The notes under the pieces: generated by a model
The model's database searches: none
The model's input: only the letters and a program-made list of their open reading frames with translations
What the model was told of the DNA's origin: nothing
Part shown: one piece after another, positions 1-11,700 of the stretch
Layout: every line of letters starts with the position of its first letter
How positions within the stretch are numbered: the first letter of the stretch is position 1
Assembly (NCBI GenBank): GCA_025594325.1
Contig: JANHCV010000001.1
Span: 3,534,001-3,598,000, forward strand
Length of the DNA stretch: 64,000 nucleotides
Source: Blastocladiella emersonii ATCC 22665
Lineage: Eukaryota > Fungi > Blastocladiomycota
Direction: 5' to 3'
Translations under genes and position numbers: made by a program

Positions 1-1169
1 TTCCTGAATCCTGCCTCCGTTTGATCGACGCGTCGCGCGTGGGTTTCGCACGCAACAGCAGCCGCATGAGTTGCGAATGGGTCAGGCTTCCTGGGTGTGC
101 GCGCCACGCTGCCTTAATTCCTTCGACCAACATCTCGTCATTCTTTTTGTGCGTTAGGTTTTTATCATTTCGTGCAGTCGGTCGTGATCGCCGCGATTTT
201 GAGCGGCGCGCGCGATGGCCACGGCCGCGAAATCCTTTTCGCTCAAACAAGATGTGACCCTGTTCCACATGCTCGCTCAGCGTATCGAACACCCACCAGT
301 TAGTGACGTGCTTAGCGTGAAAACCTTCAAGTTACAGAGGAACTTGAAGTTCGAAGCGATGCGCCGCGCGTTTGCCATGGCCACGGTCGCAGCGCGCCGC
401 CATCACCAAGGTCGCTTGGTTGGCCGTCGTTCGTCTGCTCAATGAATGAAAGCCTGATCCCGCTGCTGCTCACACATGTTAGTAGTGCTTCGGCACCGTT
501 TAGCGGTATCGCGCCCAATGGGATGGCGATCGAGCTGGCAAAGAGTGCGAATCGACTCGTTGCGCGATGCGCCACAGTCACCGTCCCACCGCGGCCATCA
601 CTACCGCTGTTTGCTGGGTTGTGGCTAGCCTGCCTGATGGTGAAAAACCTGCGCATGTTGCTTCTTAGAAGGTTTACAACTATATCAGAGGCGATCCTAC
701 CGCTTGGCATCAACCCAAGGTCGACCCCGCTTGGCCTCGACAGCAACTACATGCATCAATTTTCTTGCTGCAGAATCGCGCTTAGCCCGCTCGAGGTGAC
801 TCGTCTCGCTTTCAAGGCCCGGACCTTCGGCCCTGCTTCAGAGGATGCGACATGAAATATGTGCGATCTCATGTTATTGGGCTCCAAGCCCTTCCACAGA
901 GCCTGGAGTCCTTGGGGGCCTCCCTTGACGCCGTCCTCAAACAGATTTTCCGTCCGGCGATCTCAGAAGCACCTTTTACGACAAGTTACGCATCGTGTAC
1001 AACCAGATCTCATCGCAGGATCGCTCATCCAACAGTCTCGGCTGTGGCCGTTCGCGCGGATCAGCTGAACTGGCCTCACGTGTCTCGAGTCGTCCCTGCA
1101 GCTCCTCATCGTCCGTTCGCTCTATCCACGCGCTCCTTCTGCATCAAGTTCCATGGTGGCGCAGCGCAT

Positions 1170-3187
1170 ATGTATTCAGTTCCGAGCAGAGTAGCGGCAA
1201 CGCGAGCGCTGCTCGCTCGAGCGCCCGTGGCGATGCGTCACGTGTGCCGCTCAACAAGGCTGATTGCGACGCCGCCCGCGTCGCCCTCGCCTCCACCACT
1301 GCCACAACGACGACGTCGACATCTGTCGAGCACCCTAGTCTTTGCAACGTCATCAACGCCAGTCGCGGCACCGCGCGCTCCACCCCATCTCCCCGTCGAC
1401 AACCTCGAACACCCGGAAATGGCGCAGGGCACGACCACGTTCAACGACCAGGCGTTTGCCACGATCACCGAGGGCCAGGCGACGATCCTGTTCCCGACCA
1501 ACAACGAGGTGTTCTACAACCCGGTGCAGCAGTTCAACCGCGACATGTCGATTGCGGCGATCCGCACGTGGCGCGACCTGGTGTCGCAGGAGAAGTGGGC
1601 CAAGGCGCTCAAGAAGGAGGGCCGCACCGTCGAGGAGGCCACGGCGGCCGGCGAGACGGCGCCCGTGTTCAAGCCCAAGATCCTCGAGGCGCTCGCCGCG
1701 TCGGGCCTGCGCTCGGTGCGCTACGCCAAGGAGATCCCGGACCTCGACCACATCCTGTGCAACGACCTCGACGCCGAGGCCGTCGCGTCCATCAAGCGCA
1801 ACGTCGAGTACAACGGGCTGTCCGAGGAGCTCGTCCGCCCGAACCTCGGCGACGCCAAGTACGGTCCCCGATACGTCAGGCGTGAGGTATCGCCGACGAG
1901 GCTGACCGCGTCCCATTGTGTCTAGGATCGTCATGTACCAGCACCTGCCGCCGCAGCTCAACTACCACGTGGTGGACCTCGACCCGTACGGCAGCGCGAC
2001 GCCGTTCATCGACGCTGGCGTGCAGTCCGTGTCGGACGGCGGCCTGATGCTCATCACCTGCACCGACCTGCAAGTGCTCGCCGGGACCAACTTCACCGAG
2101 ACCTGGTACGCCATTTTATGATCATCGAGGTAACGAGCGCAGCTGGCTGATGACGCGCGTGCGACGGCGACGTGTGACGTGTAGCTTCACCAAGTACGGC
2201 GGCATGACGCTCAAGGCCGACTTCTGCCACGAGATGGCGCTGCGGCTGGTGCTGAACCTGGTGACGCAGACGGCGGCCAAGCACCGGCGGTACGTGGAGC
2301 CGCTCATGTCGTGCAGCATCGACTTTTACGTGCGCATCTTCGTGCGGGTGCACGCGTCGCCCATCGACGTGAAGAAGACGGCGTCGCGCACGTCGCTCGT
2401 GTACCTGTGCCAGGGGTGCAAGGACTTCACGCACCAGCCGCTGGGCAAGGTGTCCGAGGACGGCAAGAAGTTCATGTTCGCGACGCACAAGGCGGGCGGC
2501 GAGTGCTCGCAGTGCGGGCGGCAGTTCCACATTGGCGGGCCCATCTACAACGGCCCGCTGCACAACAAGGCGTTTGTGCGGTCGATGCTCGAGCACGTCA
2601 AGGCCAACAAGACGAGCTACGGGACCAGCACGCGCATGGAGGGGATGCTGACGGTGATTGGCGAGGAGATTGACGCGCCGCTGTACTACTCGCTGCGGTC
2701 GCTGACGACGGGCGTGCACAGCAACAGCATCGGGCTCAAGGAGATTGGCAGCGCGCTGGTCAACGCCGGGTTCGAGTTCTCCATCTCGCACGCCAACCCG
2801 ACGTCGGTCAAGACGAGCGCGCCGTCGCACGTGGTGTGGGACATTATGCGGGCGCACGTCAAGAAGGACGCCAAGGCCAAGGAGCAGCCCGAGGGGTCGG
2901 TGGCGCGCGCGATCCGCGACAAGGCCATGACCATCACGCCCGACTTTACGTACAACAAGGCGGCCAACCCGCCGAGCCGCAAGATCAAGCTGGTGCGGTT
3001 CCAGGAGAACCCCGAGAAGAACTGGGGCCCCAAGGCGCGCGCGGGCAAGAAGCGCAAGAACGAGGACGCGGGCGCCGACACGGCCGTGGTCAAGAAGAAG
3101 GCCAAGGCCGAGGCGGCCGAGCCGGCGGGTGAGGCGACCGAGGCGACCGAGGCCGCGACGGAGGCCACGGCCGAGACGGAGGCGTGA
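1170..3187 (+). CDS. TRM1: tRNA (guanine26-N2)-dimethyltransferase Trm1. Exons 1170(or 1419)-1858, 1926-2105, 2185-3187
   Basis: Motifs VFYNPVQQFNRDMS, ILEALAASGLRSVRYAKE, VVDLDPYGS, GGLMLITCTD and C-terminal basic NLS-like KKRK. Two GT-AG introns (1859-1925, 2106-2184) keep the frame. Start is ambiguous: in-frame ATGs at 1170, 1233 and 1419. Confidence 0.95.
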
Positions 3188-3840
3188 GGCTGGTGTTGGT
3201 GTTAGGTTAGAATGATGCACTAGTTCCTGTAATTTCTCGAGGCAGTGGGGAGAGGAGAGCGACGCGACGCGAGCGGTGATGCAACGGGCTGAAACGCAGG
3301 GCAAAAAGCGTCACGCGGCGGAATCTCGCGGGTTCTCGCGTCACGTGCGCGTGCCACCATCCGTGTCTCTCGTCTCGCGCGAGGCGGAGTCGCCGGCGTC
3401 GCGCCGTGGGGGACGTCAACTAGAGCTTTGATTGTGCTGCATTATCTCTAGGACTCGGTTGACGGTGGCGACGGCGGATCCGTGGCCGGCGGCCGAGGGC
3501 AGGGCAGGAGAGCGCGAGGAAGGCGCGGCGGCGGGATTGGTTCGCGAAGCTCGCTGGGATGGGAGAGGGGACTCGCTGGAGGGAGGCAGCGCGAAATTTG
3601 TCCTTTTGGGTGTGGGCGATAAATTACGTTCGGGCCGCGAGCAGCGAGCGGGCAGCATTCGCCCAGCTCAGAAGGCCGCCACCGACAAGCGCGCCCGATT
3701 CCGCGCCGGCCGCCGCCCCGACCTCGCCACACTCCCCTCCCGCTCCCCCCGCTCCCCCCGCTCCCTCGTCCGGCTAAGCGCGCCTCCCGCAACGCATCGC
3801 CACCCGCCCCGCACTCCCCGCAAACTGAACCGCCCCCACC

Positions 3841-5372
3841 ATGCAGGCCATCAAGTGTGTCGTCGTTGGCGACGGGTGCGTGCTGCTCTCCTCTGCCGCC
3901 GCCGCCGCCCTGACTGCGCCCGCCGCACGCGCACTCCCCCCTGCTCGCTCGCTCGCACACGCATGCATGCACACACACATGTTCGGGCCGCTACGCTCAA
4001 CTCGTCGCCGTCGGTCCTCGGTCGCTCAACGGGATTGCCGGTTTTGGGTCCACTTGGGCTCGCTCGCTGCCGCCACGCGCGGCCCGTTCCGCCTGCTCGC
4101 CGGTCAGCTACGCCACCACGTCGACTTTTTCGCCCCATGCGCTCTCTCCGGCCCTGCTGCTGCTGCGCTGAGCACTCGCGCGGCCGACCGACCCGACTCG
4201 GGTGAGTGGTGGCGCGCTCCTGTGGCTGGGTTGCGACCGTGCGCGCTTGTCTTCGCCACGCCTCGGCCCTCGGCCCTCGCCACCCACCACCTCTACACCC
4301 CGCGTGCTGCCGACTCGCGATGGCGTCCCGTCGTGGCGCGTCGCGAACGGGGCCAGCGTGCTGCTCGGAATCCGACCGCCGTGTCGGCGCGACCGGGCCC
4401 AAGTGTGGCGTTCGACCTCGACTCGGTCTCGGTTTCTCGCTGCGCTCGTGCGCGTCCTACGGGCTCCACGTCGTGTGCCCGCCGATGCGCGCGATGCCCG
4501 GCGTCCACCGTGCGCCCCGTGGTGGCGCTGGTGGTGACGGCTCGGGTCTGTCATACGGCCGGCGTGACCGCGACTCGACCAACCCCTCGTCCGCGTGTGC
4601 CCTGTGTGTGTGCATGCATCCGTGCGCGCGTGGGTGTGTGCCCGCGTGTGTGTGTGCCCGCGTCCTATGTGCAGCGATTGGCCGGCGGCGTGCTCGTCCT
4701 CGACTCGAGACCTCTCCCGTACTGACCACCTCCTTCCCACCTCCCTCTTAGCGCCGTCGGCAAGACTTGCCTGCTCATCAGCTACACGACAAATGCCTTC
4801 CCCGGCGAGTACATCCCCACCGTGTACGCTTCCACCCTCTGCGTGGACCCGCCCGAGACCCGCTCGCTCACACCCCACTCCCACTCCCACCCCCGCGTAG
4901 CTTTGACAACTACTCGGCCAACGTCATGGTTGACGGCAAGCCCATCAACCTCGGCCTGTGGGATACCGCCGGCCAGGAGGACTACGACCGCCTGCGCCCG
5001 CTGTCGTACCCGCAGACGGACGTGTTCCTCATCTGCTTCTCGCTCGTGTCGCCGCCCTCGTTCGAGAACGTGCGCACCAAGTGGCACCCCGAGATCCACC
5101 ACCACGCCCCGAACGCCCCGCTCATCCTCGTCGGCACCAAGCTCGATCTCCGCGAGGACCGCGACACGGTCGACAAGCTGCGCGAGAAGCGCATGCAGCC
5201 CATCAACTACACCCAGGGCCTCCAGATGGCCAAGGAGATTGGCGCCGTCAAGTACCTCGAGTGCTCGGCCCTCACCCAGAAGGGCCTCAAGACCGTCTTC
5301 GACGAGGCCATCCGGGCAGTCCTCACCCCGCCCCCGCCCCCGCCCCGCAAGAAGCCCTGCCTCATCCTGTAA
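3841..5372 (+). CDS. RAC1: Rac-family small GTPase, 192 aa. Exons 3841-3875, 4752-4823, 4901-5372
   Basis: [65 protein letters not shown]-terminal CAAX CLIL. Exon lengths 35+72+472 = 579 nt. Confidence 0.98.
3951..4631. repeat. Long-range inverted repeat in RAC1 intron 1 (AC-rich arm / GT-rich arm)
   Basis: 3963-3979 ATGCATGCACACACACA is the exact reverse complement of 4603-4619 TGTGTGTGTGCATGCAT. Pairing extends imperfectly to 3951/4631. Confidence 0.85.
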
Positions 5373-5771
5373 TTTGCCCCTCCTCGGTTCCTCGCGCGTG
5401 CGCCTCGCATCGCGCCGCCGTACCGTACCGCGCTTGCCTTCTTGCTCCTCCTCCCTCCTCTTCCGCCGCCGTCGCCCGTCTCTGCTGCTCCACTGGTCCG
5501 ATGAGTCCCCTCGCGTCTGACCTCCGCTGCTGAGCGCCGACCGCGCCTCCCCATTTCCCTCCCCTCGTTTTGCTGTTGGCGGCTGGGCTCGCTCCCACTA
5601 CCCCCTCCTTCCCCTCTTACTCTCGGTTGTACACCTCGTTTCTTTGGCACACACAGTTCTAGTCGATTGATTTCTGGTCTCGCTCTCTCTCGTCAGGCAC
5701 CGCCACCACCGCTGCTGGCAACAAGTCATCAGTGTACACTGAGAACAAGCAAAACAAAGCTACTACTACTT

Positions 5772-8700
5772 CTACGAGTCAAGCTGCAGCAGGACCGCGC
5801 ACCCGCGGTTGATCCAGTGTCGCTGCGGCAGGTCCGACAGCAGCTCGATGTTCATGACGAAATTGGTCGAGTGACCCGTCGTTGACAGCGTGCCGCGGCG
5901 CGCCGACGTCTTGTACACGGGCGAAATGTACTTGAACACCTCGGCCGGGATCACCACGGCGCCGCCCGGCTGCACCGTCGGGCCCGCCAGCTTCCCACTC
6001 TGCTGGTTCGGGCCCGCGGGCACGACGTGGACGATGGGCATGGCGTCGAACAGAATCTTGGGCTTGGACTCGGTGAGCCTGCCCGCGTCGCGGTCCCACC
6101 GTGCGCCCTCGAGGAACATGCCGTGGATGTACACGCCGTCCTCGGGGCTGGCCTCCATGGAGTCCACGGGCAGCACGTTGAACTGCATGACGAGCAGGTC
6201 GATCGGGATCGCGTACTTGCGTGCGTAGTTCTGCAGCGTGCCCGTGAGGAACGACTGGGTGAAGAAGAAGCCCGAGATCCAGAACACGACGGGGGTGCCC
6301 GACTCGATCCACGTCGCAAAGAACTGCAGCCGCTTGCAGAAGTCGGACACGTACGACCCGAGGCTCTTGAGCGACGGGTAGCTCTTGCCCAGCCACATGT
6401 CCGGGATCTTGGCGATCAGCAGGCTCTGCACCACCTGCTCCAGGTCCGCGCTCATCACGATCAGGCCCTTGACCGCCTTGACCACCTGCTGCAGGCTGTC
6501 GCGGATGATCACCAGCAGCTTGTTGAACCGGACGAGTTCCTGGATGATGTGGCGCGAGGCGGCGGAGGTCACGCGGACATGATCAGTTTCGTGATCCGAT
6601 CACGGACGGACGCGTCGACGAGCAAAAACGAGAAACGCACCTGGATCAGCACCGTGTTCATGCTCTCCATGTAGTTGACGGGGTACTTGAGCTGCACGTC
6701 GGGCACGTCAAAGTTGGGCGGCAGCTTGCTGAGGATCTCGAGCGCGATCTCGCGCACGCGGTCGTCCGACGACCCGCTGGCCGACCCGCCGGACATGCGG
6801 CCCTGCGTCAGCAGCACGCTGTTGATCATGAACGAGGTTTCGTTGAGGTCCTTGGTGATGTCGCCGTTCTCGTGGATCCCAAACACCTCGGGGTACTGGT
6901 TGAGCGGGAACTGCTTGATGTGCTCGAGGATCGCGTCGTGCGCGTTGGACGGCGGGATCGTGTAGATGCCGCTCGAGCTGAGCTTGTGCCCGTCCGCGAG
7001 CAGGTCTGGGTTGTAGAACAGCGACAGCAGCGACATGAGGCACCGGCGGTCGCGGTCGTCCGTGACACGGCCGCCGTAGTTGCACTCGCCCGTCAGGTAC
7101 GTCAGCGCCTTAAACGGGATCTCGTCGTACTCGTTGAGGAACTTGTGCAGCTGGCGCGTCGAGATGTTCAGGTCCGTCTCGTTGAACTCGTACGGCACGT
7201 TCCACCCGAGCGGGCCAAAGTTGCGCCGCTCCTGCACCACGGCGTGGAAGAAGCACAGCCCGAAAAGCAGCGCGCGCCACGCCTTCTCGTTCTTCTTGAC
7301 GCCCTTGAAGAAGGCCTCGTCCGAGATCGGGTCACCAATGTACGACCGGATCATGTTGGCCCGCAGCCCCGCCGGCGGCTCGTTGGTCATCTTGATCCCG
7401 TTCTGCAGGATCGTCACGGGGAACTTCTCGGACGGGTACGACGTGAGCCACAGACGGAAGTCGTGGTGCGTGCCGGCCTCGGGACCGAGTTCCTCGACAA
7501 TCTTCTCGAGACTCGGCAGCCAACTGACCGCGAGATGGCAGTTCTGCAGCACGACCCACGACCCGTTGCGCGCCGCCGACTTGATCATGTTGGCCGCGAT
7601 CGGGCCCTGGCCCTGCCCGAGCGAGATGGCGTTGCACTTGTTCCCGCCGAACCCCTTGGTGTCGGCGAACCGCAGCAGGCCGCCCGTCGGATCGGCTCCG
7701 GGCGACAGGATGAAGATGAGCGGGGTCACGCTGTTCGAGTCGTTGTACGACGCCTGCAGGTCGAACGGCGGGAACTCGATGAACTTCTGGCCCATCTTGA
7801 GCTTAACGTAGTCCTGGATCGCGAGCACGAGCTTGTCGGGGCGGAACGCGCGGACGACGAGCAGGCGCTGCATCGGCGATACCTTGGCCTCGATGCCGGC
7901 CGGGAGCACGGCGCGGTGAGGGTCCTGGCTGTCGTACAGGGCCTTCCACTCGGCGAGGTGATTGGTGATGAGGTCGGGCAGGCCCGCGAACGGCGGGATC
8001 TGCGCCAGCGAGTTGAGCTCGATCCACGACTTTTCCGTGAGCCACTCGCGCGCCGGGTTGTCGGCCATGTTCTTGGCCACGCCGATCCCGCCCGTGAGCA
8101 GGAACGCCCACTCGGTCGGGTCCACCTCCTTGCTTCCGCGCCCGATGCCGATCGACAGCAGGAACGAGAAGAGCAGCTTGTCCTTCTTGAACAGCGACCG
8201 GCACACGTTGCAGAACAGCGAGTACGTGAAGTGCGCGCGCAGGTTCTCGAGGCGCGTCGCGAGGTCGGCCGACTTCTCGCTGTCCTGGATCGACGAAAGG
8301 TACAGACCCAGGAACCACGTCAGCGAGTACTGGTACATGGGCTCGATGTTGGCCATGTCGGCGACGGCGAAGAAGAGGATCGACGAGTGGAACGCGATCG
8401 GCTTGTAACCCGCGCGCGTCTCGTCGATCTCGCGCTCGGTCGCCTCGGCAATCTGCTGCTTCTGCGCAATGTCGTCCGACAGCACCTTGGACGACGACAG
8501 CGCCGTGATGGCGCTCTCGTCCTCGAGAATGTTGCCCTCGCTCGACAGGATCTCGAGGATCTTGTCCTCGATCTCCTTGAGCTGCCGCTTGTTCTGCGCC
8601 GACGCCAGCACGAGCTTGTTCTTCTCCTCCTCGAGCTCGGGCCGCTCCTTGGCCGCGACGATGCCGAGCAGCTGGTCCTCGAGGCCCTCGGGCGTGATCA

Positions 8701-11700
8701 TGAAGTTGAGGATGGTGACCTTGGTCGACAGCTCGGGCATGTAGTGCGGGTTGCGCAGCTTGGTCGTAATGTAGAAGCGGAACTCGGGCGAGAACTCGAC
8801 AATCGAGTCGCCGAGCCGGATGCACGTCACGCCGCCCTGCTTGAACAGCTGTTTGGTGAGCAGCGGCTCGAGCACCGAGTCGATCTCCTCGTTGATGTTC
8901 TCGAGCAGCACCGGCGTGCCGAACTGGATCGCGTTCTCGAGCGTCCGCACGTAGTCGCCGTCCGACAGCTTGATCACCGACAGCCGGTTGTTCTTCTCCA
9001 TGTTCTTGATCCACCGGTTCGCCTGGCCCTGCGGGTCGATGAACAGCGGCCACCGGCGCGTCTTGGACATGACGATGCCGTTGTCGATCGAGAACGAGTC
9101 GTTGGGCAGCCCGGCAATCGTCCACGACCGGATCTGGATCGGGTCGCCCAGCGTCGACGCCAGCGTGAACGTGGCCGAGCACGGGATGTTCTTGGCCACG
9201 CACTCCGTGTTCCACCGCGTCACGGCGTCGAGGCGGTACTGCGATGTGAAGGCGCCGAGGTACGCGATCACGCCCGACGACAGCAGCACGTCGCCCGTGA
9301 GGTTGCGGTACGTCTGCGCGAGCTGGAACGCCATCTCGCTCCACCGCTGCTTCTCGCCGCCGAGCCCGCCAATCAGCTTCTCGGCGCGGATCAGCTTCTT
9401 GGACACCATGTCGACCTGCGCCTCGAGCTCGGCCTTCTTGGTCATCATCTCCTTGAACTGCGCCTGCAGCGTGTTCATCTTGTCCTCGACCTCCTTGAGC
9501 TCGGCCTGCTTGGCGTTGAGCTTGGCCATCTCGGTCGCGAGCTCGAGCTCGGCTTTCGCCAGCGCCTCCTTCTTGGGCGCCACGACCTTGGCCACCACGT
9601 CGTACGAGTCGAGTGCGCGGACCCATCGGCACAGGCCCTCGGCGGCCGTCGACGCGTTCTTGATCACGTTCGGGTCAAAGTCGGGGTTCGGAATGTACTC
9701 TTTTCGGATGCGCTGGATGATCTTGGGCGCGATATTGTCCTTGTCGTAGGTCTTGAGGTTCTGGAGGAACTTGGAGTCGGCGAGCACCTTCTGCGCGGGG
9801 CCCCAGTAGTCCTCGACCATCTTGCCGCTCGAGTCCTTGACGCGGGCGGCCTTGACGTCGAGCATGATGCAGATGGCCTCCATGGCGACCTTGACACCGC
9901 CGGGCGGGTTCTTCATCGACTTGATGAGCGTGATGTCCTGCGGCTTGAGCGTGTCGAGGGCGGCCAGCGCCGACTCGAGCACGGGCAGCGCCTGGCCGAG
10001 ATCGGCCTCGCACTCCTCCTTGATGGCCTTGGCCTCGCTCGCCTTCTTGTTGGCCACGGCCTCGTCGGCCTTGACGAGCTCGCGCTTCTTCTCGACCTCG
10101 ACCGAGTCGCGCTGGATGATGAGCAGCAGGTCGTCCGTCTCCTTCTGTGTCACGATCAGCTTGGGCTTGAGGTCGTTGAGCTCGACCTGCATCGTGGCGA
10201 CCTGGCCGGCCGCGGACGCGAGCTGGTCTAGCCCCGTCTCGTATCGGTTGCGCAGCAGCTGGATCTCGCGGCGCTTGGCGGCGAGCAGCACCTTGAACGT
10301 CTGGATGAGCTCGAGGTAGCTGGTCGGCGTCACGTAGTTGAACCGGCGGACCTCGTTGAAGAAGCGCGTCGACAGCGCAATCGTGTCCTGGTGGAACGTC
10401 TTGCACATGTCGACGACGGCGCCGCGCACCGCCGCGTCGAGCTCCACGTCCTCGAGGAACTTGTTGGCCACCACCTGCAGCGCATCGTCGGGCCACTTCT
10501 GGAACCAGTCGATGGTGCAGCAGTTGACGAGCGACGGGAACATGCGCAGGCGGTTGCGGAACGCGTCGCCGATGGGCGACATGGCGAGGATGACGTGCAG
10601 GTTCTCCTTGCACCGCTGCACAAAGATGTTGTACACGGCGGCCGCGGTCATCTCGGTCTTGGAGTCGCGCAGCACCGTGTTGCGGATGTTGTCGCACAGC
10701 TGCGCCTTCTCGTCGGGCGGGAACAGGTTGGGCACCTCGCCCGAGTTGAGCATGTTGTTGATGTCCTCGAGGAACGACTCCTGCTTGATCTGCGTGTCGC
10801 TGAACAGGAACACGGACGGCTTGCCCTCGACGCCGGCCTTGAGCAGCACCTTCTTCAGGTCCTCGAACCACTCCTTGCGCGAGTAGTTCTTGCTGATCTC
10901 GACCTGGAACAGCAGGCACTCGGACACGGACGCGGCAAGCTTGGTCAGCGATTGGCGCCCGCTGCCGCCGACTCCCACGAGCAGCGCGTGGCCGCTCGGC
11001 TGGTTGAGGATGCGGCAGATACGCGACACGTGCTCGACGGCGAACCGGAAGATGACCAGGTTCATGGGCGACTTGCTCAGCTGGTTGTACTCGTCGAGCT
11101 TGAGCTTGAACACGTCGATGGCCTGGTCGACCGTGGCCACCTCGTCGTAGAACCGGATCGCCGCGTTCGGGTTCATGTAGTCGCCGAACATGAGACTGCG
11201 CAGGTCGTCGTCCGTGACCTTGCCGTCGGCGTTCGAGTCGAGGTGCCCGCACGCCGCATCCATGGACGTGCGGAAGAAGCGCGCGCACACGTCGGCGATC
11301 TGGGCAAAGAAGCCCTGCCGGTCCGTGTCGTCAACGAGGCGGTCGTAGAAGACGCGGTACACCTCGTGGATCCACAGCCGCACTACCTTCTGCTTGTCGG
11401 GGAACTTCTCGCCCTTGGCGAGCAGCAGGCCCTGCACCACGCGCGAGAAGTCGCGCAGGTTGAACACGTAGTGCGACTTGGCCGGCGTCGGCAGCAGCGT
11501 CTGCATGGCCGTCACGTACACCTCGTGCGTCGCGTCGATGAGGCTGCTGGTGAGCTCAAGCACCTCGGCCGGGAACCCCTTGCGCAGGTGCCAGGTGACG
11601 ATGGTGCTGAATATGCGCTTAAGCGTGACCTGGTCAAAGGTCGCCACGCCAATCGTGTTGAAGTGGCGCAGGAACCGCGGCGTGACGGGGTTGCGGCCAC

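Noticed and set aside
1-1100. Lower-GC region upstream of TRM1 with ORFs 442-855 and 327-746 and a 9-bp hairpin CTTCAAGTT/AACTTGAAG (325-349)
   Set aside because: No codon bias, motifs or homology recognisable. A single short hairpin is not enough, and ACAGAGG in the loop is not a U6 context.
5930-6020. Insertion [21 protein letters not shown] in the dynein C-terminal domain, and an Ala/Ser tract in the tail (about 16870-16975)
   Set aside because: Low-complexity loop insertions are common throughout this proteome; no intron signals or functional motif.
6539-6646. ATCCAGG repeated at both junctions of dynein intron 5, suggesting a target-site duplication or introner
   Set aside because: CAG|G is splice consensus. 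Three extra matching bases are likely by chance among about 46 introns, and there are no terminal inverted repeats or second copy.
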